Source: Lentisphaerota bacterium (GTDB lineage Bacteria; Verrucomicrobiota; Lentisphaeria; Victivallales; Victivallaceae). Taken from it: a stretch of DNA of 64,000 nucleotides. Below are positions 59,367 to 64,000 of this stretch, one piece after another; the stretch's first letter is position 1; each line of letters begins with the position of its first letter. The notes under the pieces are model-generated. The model had not been told where the DNA came from. It searched no databases and saw nothing but the letters and a program-made list of their open reading frames with translations. A program made the position numbers and the translations under genes. The stretch spans positions 12,157-76,156 of the forward strand of contig SUVY01000002.1 of assembly GCA_015061775.1 (NCBI GenBank), written 5' to 3'.

Positions 59367-61184
59367 ATGTCTGAAATAAGAAACATCGCTATCATCGCCC
59401 ACGTTGACCACGGCAAGACCACTCTCGTCGATCAGATCATGCGCCAGTCGCAGATATTCAGAGAAAACGAAGTTGTCGAAGATTGCTTCCTCGACAACAA
59501 CGATCTTGAGCGTGAACGCGGAATCACCATTCTTTCCAAAAACATCAGCATCAACTATAAAGGCGTAAAAATCAACGTCATCGACACTCCTGGACACAGT
59601 GACTTCGGTGGTCAGGTCGAGCGCGTACTCAAACTCGCCGACGGAGTTCTGCTTCTGGTTGACTCCGCTGAAGGTCCTATGCCCCAGACCCGCTTCGTTC
59701 TGGATAAGGCTCTTCAGCTCGGTCTGCGTCCTGTCGTTGTGATCAACAAGATCGACAAGCCCGATGCCCGTCCGGATGAAGTACACAACTGCGTCTTTGA
59801 CCTTTTCTGCGAACTCAATGCTTCAGACGAACAGCTGGATTTCCCGCTTCTCTATGCGAGCGGAAGAGATGGCTGGGCAGTCAACGATCTCGATGATCCG
59901 CGCGAAGGACTTGCTCCGCTGCTCGATGCTATATTGAAATACGTTCCCGCCCCCAAGGCGGTCGAAGGAGCGGTTCAGGCTCAGATCGCAACTCTCGACT
60001 ACTCAAACTTCGTCGGACGTATCGGTATCGGACGCGTTTACCGCGGAACCCTCGACCTCAAGCGCCCGCTTTCGATCATCAAACGCGATGGAAAAATCCA
60101 GCGCGCCGAAATCAAACAGCTTTTCACTTTTGAAGGCCTCGGCAGAAAAGATACTGACGTTATCGAGTGCGGAGACCTCTGCGGTATCGTCGGAATATCC
60201 GATATCGACATCTCTGATACCATTTGCGACGCTGATACTCCTGAGCAGATGCCCGTGATCGCTATCGATGAGCCGACAATTTCCATGAACTTCAGGATCA
60301 ACGACTCTCCGTTCTTCGGCCGCGAAGGAAAATATGTCGGCAGCCGCCAGCTGAGAGAGCGTCTCTTCAAAGAAACCGAGCGCGATGTTGCCCTCAGAGT
60401 TGAAGAGTTGAGCGGCGAGACTTTCAAGGTCTCCGGACGCGGAGTTCTCCACCTTGCCATCCTCGTTGAAACCATGCGCCGTGAGGGTTATGAGCTTGCA
60501 GTCGCCAAACCTCAGGTCATCAACAAAATAATCGACGGTGTCAAACAGGAACCCATCGAACGTCTCTCAGTCGATGTTCCGGCAGATTTTGCCGGAAAAA
60601 TCATCGAACTTGTCGGTTTGAGAAGAGGCGAAATGCTCAAGATGGAATCCCGGGGCAACCGCCAACTTATCGAATTTTTCATTCCTACCCGCGGTCTTAT
60701 CGGTCTGCGCAGCAAAGCCCTTACCGCAAGTCAGGGTGAGGCTATCGTCAACCACATCTTTGACCACTATGAGCCGGTGAAGGGAGCTATTCCCTCTCGT
60801 CTCAATGGAGTAATGGTCAGCATGGGCAACGGAAAAGCCATTCCGTTCGCCATCGACGGTCTCCAGCAGCGCGGAGAGTTTTTCATCGAGCCCGGAGTTG
60901 ACGCTTATGAGGGAATGATCGTAGGTGAGCATTGCAAAGATGATGACCTTGTCGTCAACGTCCAGCGCGCTAAACAGCTTACCAATATGCGCGCCGCTGG
61001 AAGCGACCGTAACATGAAAATCGCTCCGGCACGAAAAATGTCTCTTGAACAGGCACTCGAATATATCGAAGACGATGAACTTGTGGAAGTCACTCCGCTC
61101 AACATCCGTCTGCGTAAATTCTATCTTTCTGAGCTCGAGCGCCGCCGTCACCGCGTCGCTGCGATGAACGAAAACGCCGAATGA
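59367..61184 (+). CDS. typA: Translational GTPase TypA/BipA
   Basis: 605 aa. IRNIAIIAHVDHGKTTLVD, DTPGH.DFGGEVER and NKIDK are present, with full-length BipA collinearity. Confidence 0.93.
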   Translation: MSEIRNIAIIAHVDHGKTTLVDQIMRQSQIFRENEVVEDCFLDNNDLERERGITILSKNISINYKGVKINVIDTPGHSDFGGQVERVLKLADGVLLLVDSAEGPMPQTRFVLDKALQLGLRPVVVINKIDKPDARPDEVHNCVFDLFCELNASDEQLDFPLLYASGRDGWAVNDLDDPREGLAPLLDAILKYVPAPKAVEGAVQAQIATLDYSNFVGRIGIGRVYRGTLDLKRPLSIIKRDGKIQRAEIKQLFTFEGLGRKDTDVIECGDLCGIVGISDIDISDTICDADTPEQMPVIAIDEPTISMNFRINDSPFFGREGKYVGSRQLRERLFKETERDVALRVEELSGETFKVSGRGVLHLAILVETMRREGYELAVAKPQVINKIIDGVKQEPIERLSVDVPADFAGKIIELVGLRRGEMLKMESRGNRQLIEFFIPTRGLIGLRSKALTASQGEAIVNHIFDHYEPVKGAIPSRLNGVMVSMGNGKAIPFAIDGLQQRGEFFIEPGVDAYEGMIVGEHCKDDDLVVNVQRAKQLTNMRAAGSDRNMKIAPARKMSLEQALEYIEDDELVEVTPLNIRLRKFYLSELERRRHRVAAMNENAE

Positions 61185-61192
61185 GGTAATCA

Positions 61193-62047
61193 ATGGGACT
61201 TTACGACAGAGAGTACATGCAGCAGGACGACCGCGACAAATACTCTTCGGGCAGACGTCTGATGTGGCAGCTTATTGCTATCAATCTGCTGATGTACTTT
61301 TTTGTGGCGTCTCCGGGATCTGCGGCGTATAACTATCTCGCGCTTCACGCCGACAAGTGGAGCGCAGATACGCTTTTTCAGGTTGTGACTTATGGATTTC
61401 TTCACGCGAACTTCAGCCATATTCTTTCCAATATGTATGGACTTTACCTCTTTGGAAGCATTGCCGCACCTGTTCTTGGAGGCAAGAAGTTCCTGACGCT
61501 CTATATGTCTGGAATACTTGTAAGTTCTCTCGTATTCTACATCATAAACTTTGGACAAGCCAGTTCTCTCATCGGGGCTTCCGGAGCAATTTGTGCAGTC
61601 ACTATCGCTGCGGCGATGGTTGATCCGGAAAAGAAATTCATCATGATTTTCATGCCCTTCACTCCGATAAAGATATCCACCATGGTCGTCTGTTATACGC
61701 TTCTCAACTTCCTGTTGGCGCTTGCAGACCGTCCGCAGGATCCGACAAGCTATCTTGCCCACTTGGCTGGATTTGCGGCGGGATATCTTGTTATGAAGTT
61801 ATTCAACAAAGATGTGGTTCGCTGGGATCCTCTGAAATTCACCAAAAAAGCGAAATCAACACCTCCACCTCATGAAAAAGAGAAAACCGGTAAGAAAAAC
61901 TTTAACAGCAATGATGCCGGTCCGGTATCCAACGCCGAACTTGATGCTCTGCTCGACAAAGTATCCAAAGAGGGAATCAACAGCCTCAGCGATTACGAAT
62001 TGTCCCGCCTGCGCCGTGCCCGCGAAGAAATGCGCGGAGGTAAATGA
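61193..62047 (+). CDS. Rhomboid-family intramembrane serine protease
   Basis: 284 aa. Motifs: H.N..H, the catalytic GASGAI and HLAGFAAG. A Lys-rich C-terminal tail is present. Confidence 0.8.
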   Translation: MGLYDREYMQQDDRDKYSSGRRLMWQLIAINLLMYFFVASPGSAAYNYLALHADKWSADTLFQVVTYGFLHANFSHILSNMYGLYLFGSIAAPVLGGKKFLTLYMSGILVSSLVFYIINFGQASSLIGASGAICAVTIAAAMVDPEKKFIMIFMPFTPIKISTMVVCYTLLNFLLALADRPQDPTSYLAHLAGFAAGYLVMKLFNKDVVRWDPLKFTKKAKSTPPPHEKEKTGKKNFNSNDAGPVSNAELDALLDKVSKEGINSLSDYELSRLRRAREEMRGGK

Positions 62048-63111
62048 TGCTTTCAACTGATCTCTTTGATTATCACCTTCCTGAAGAGTTGATCGCCCGC
62101 TATCCTGCGGAAAAACGCGACGGCTCAAAAATGATGATACTCGACCGAATTTCCGGAGAAGCGGTTCCGGCTCAATTTCCTGCGATCATCGAATACCTCG
62201 AACCGGGAGACGCGCTCATATACAACGACACAAAAGTTCTGCGCGGAAGAATGTACGGAGTCAAAAAAAATCCAGATGGAACTCCAGGAGCAAAATTTGA
62301 GCTTCTGCTCGTCTCTCCGTCCGGAGGAGATCCTTCCGAATGGCACGTCCTGCTCAAACCAGGCAAGCGGGCAAAACCCGGAACCATTGTCGAACTCACT
62401 GACTCTGACGGAGTTCGCCATGGAGATTTTTTTGAAGTTGCCGGTCGCTTTGAAGAAGAAAATTATACCATACGTTTTTCTACTTCAGATATTGCATACC
62501 TTCAGGAAAAGTATGGACACATTCCGCTTCCGCCGTACATCAACCGTCCGGACGAAAATGCCGATGCCGAGCGTTATCAGACCGTTTATGCCCAAAAATC
62601 GGGAGCAGTTGCCGCTCCGACTGCCGGTCTGCACTTTACAAGAGAGATCCTCGATGCCATCCGTGCCAAAGGAGTAAACACTGCAGCCGTCACCCTCCAC
62701 GTAGGTCCCGGAACGTTCAAACCGGTATCAGTTGAAGATGTGACCCAGCACAAAATGCACTTTGAAGACTTTATCCTCTCGGAAGAGACTGCAAAACTTA
62801 TCAATGACACACACGCTGCCGGACACAAGGTTCTTGCTGTCGGAACAACGACCGTGCGGGTTCTTGAAAGCTGCGTCGCCAATGACGGAAAAGTTTCCGC
62901 CCGGGCAGGCAGAACGGATATCTTTCTTTATCCTCCGGCTGTCCCCAAAGCGGTCGATATGCTGCTGACCAATTTTCATCTTCCCAAAAGTACACTCATC
63001 ATGTTGGTATCGTGCTTTGTTCCGAGAGAAAAGGTGCTCGCGGCATATCAGCTTGCCATTGCAGAAAAATTCCGTTTTTACAGCTACGGCGACTGCATGC
63101 TGATAAAATAA
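62044..63111 (+). CDS. queA: S-adenosylmethionine:tRNA ribosyltransferase-isomerase
   Basis: 355 aa. Motifs: FDY.LPEELIA..P...RD.S..M, AAPTAGLHFT, VGTT..R.LES, TNFHLPKSTL. Confidence 0.92.
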   Translation: MMLSTDLFDYHLPEELIARYPAEKRDGSKMMILDRISGEAVPAQFPAIIEYLEPGDALIYNDTKVLRGRMYGVKKNPDGTPGAKFELLLVSPSGGDPSEWHVLLKPGKRAKPGTIVELTDSDGVRHGDFFEVAGRFEEENYTIRFSTSDIAYLQEKYGHIPLPPYINRPDENADAERYQTVYAQKSGAVAAPTAGLHFTREILDAIRAKGVNTAAVTLHVGPGTFKPVSVEDVTQHKMHFEDFILSEETAKLINDTHAAGHKVLAVGTTTVRVLESCVANDGKVSARAGRTDIFLYPPAVPKAVDMLLTNFHLPKSTLIMLVSCFVPREKVLAAYQLAIAEKFRFYSYGDCMLIK

Positions 63112-63133
63112 ATTTGAGAAAGGAGACGAAACC

Positions 63134-63766
63134 ATGAATTTATTTATCTCTTATTTGTGGAAAGATCCCCAACTCTTTTGCGCTGTCTCTATCATGGTGA
63201 TCTTTTCGATATGCTGCCATGAATTTGTCCACTCCTACACCGCACTGAAATTCGGAGATGACACTGCCGCAGAACGTGGACACCTTACACTCAATCCTTT
63301 TAAGCAAATGGGGGTGATGTCTCTCATTCTGCTGGCTCTCTTCGGACTTGCATGGGGATGCGTTCCTATTGACAAAACAAAACTGCGCGGCAAACACGCT
63401 TATGCTGCAGTTTCTGTTTCCGGACCTTTGACCAATGTGGTTTTGTCTCAATTTTTTGCAATACTCTGTCTGACCGTCGCGCTGCTGGGTATCGACAACC
63501 GTTTCGCCATATCCATGCTCTGTTACGGAGCAGCCCTCAATCTGCTGCTTGCAATACTCAATATGATGCCTATTCCCGGACTGGACGGCTGGGGAGTCCT
63601 GACTGATTTTTTTCCGAAGCTTGCCTCAGAAGCAGGAGAGACTGTCAAGGGAACATACTTTTTGCTCATTGCGCTCTTCTTTGTCTTTTTCGACAAAGTT
63701 TTTCAATTCTGCCAAAGTGCAATACTGCTTGAACTTGAAATGTTCGCGGGACTGCTGACAAAATGA
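63134..63766 (+). CDS. Site-2 protease (peptidase M50) family membrane metalloprotease
   Basis: 210 aa. The HEFVH zinc motif lies in TM1, with NLLLAILNMMPIPGLDG as the second S2P motif. Confidence 0.8.
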   Translation: MNLFISYLWKDPQLFCAVSIMVIFSICCHEFVHSYTALKFGDDTAAERGHLTLNPFKQMGVMSLILLALFGLAWGCVPIDKTKLRGKHAYAAVSVSGPLTNVVLSQFFAILCLTVALLGIDNRFAISMLCYGAALNLLLAILNMMPIPGLDGWGVLTDFFPKLASEAGETVKGTYFLLIALFFVFFDKVFQFCQSAILLELEMFAGLLTK

Positions 63767-64000
63767 AAGATCGCATACAGGTTGTTGCTGCCGTCATAAG
63801 AAAAAATGGAAAAGTGCTTATGGCATCGCGTCCGGAGGACAAGCCTCCGGCTGGATGGGAGTTTCCCGGAGGGAAGACCGAACCGGGAGAAACTCTCAAT
63901 CAGGCGCTTGTACGCGAGCTCAAAGAGGAACTTGCGCTCGATATCACTCCCGGAGATGAGATATTCCGGGTACACACTCCTAAAATAACTTTGCACTTTA
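63763..64000 (+). CDS. NUDIX hydrolase (MutT-like), 5' part; runs off the right edge
   Basis: ATG 63763 forms an ATGA overlap with the preceding stop. Translation: MKDRIQVVAAVIRKNGKVLMASRPEDKPPAGWEFPGGKTEPGETLNQALVRELKEELAL, which contains the Nudix box. Absent from the ORF track because there is no stop in the window. Confidence 0.85.
   Translation, partial: MKDRIQVVAAVIRKNGKVLMASRPEDKPPAGWEFPGGKTEPGETLNQALVRELKEELALDITPGDEIFRVHTPKITLHF

Overview
This is a densely coding 64-kb chromosomal window. It holds about 60 protein genes (two cut by the window edges) and one tRNA(CAU). I saw no rRNA, CRISPR array, integrase, transposase or phage genes. Gene content suggests an anaerobic, LPS-bearing (diderm), glycan-degrading bacterium; the taxon cannot be fixed without a database search. 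Blocks from left to right: (1) a GH2 fragment and a sugar isomerase; (2) an LPS block, hldA-kdsB-kdsA-(837-aa multi-module LptA/OstA-like protein)-lptB-hpf; (3) DUF1846, a GT-C glycosyltransferase and a MIF-like tautomerase; (4) ddh-xseB; (5) DJ-1 and tgt; (6) a TviB-type UDP-sugar dehydrogenase, HdeD and an MFS transporter; (7) a carbohydrate-esterase fusion; (8) an eight-gene minus-strand operon headed by a mini ferredoxin:thioredoxin-reductase-like protein plus thioredoxin, followed by HAD phosphatases, GH3, a clan GH-A hydrolase, an SGNH esterase and a membrane sulfatase-family protein; (9) lemA plus a 565-aa unknown membrane protein; (10) a long sodium:solute symporter; (11) a HAD phosphatase / sugar-1-P nucleotidyltransferase / APH-type sugar kinase module; (12) a tightly packed plus-strand string (several stop/start overlaps), purB-uxaC-purM-(TerB-like::AI-2E permease)-lipoprotein hydrolase-pssA-epimerase; (13) the tRNA; (14) an orphan hydF; (15) nadB-pcnB-like-GHL10; (16) a divergent AraC / beta-propeller hydrolase / beta-helix locus; (17) typA-rhomboid-queA-S2P-mutT. 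Two non-genic features stand out. One is a three-copy MITE-like repeat family with terminal inverted repeats, 8-bp flanking direct repeats and a 27-bp-arm central palindrome. The other is a textbook AraC-type operator: two 11-bp direct repeats 21 bp apart, between divergent -35 boxes. I could not identify a clear defence island or other obviously novel multi-gene system. The best candidates for something undescribed are the fused multi-jellyroll Lpt protein, the lemA-partner pair, the FTR/Trx-headed glycan operon and the MITE family. All functional calls come from motif recognition by eye and need HMM/BLAST confirmation.
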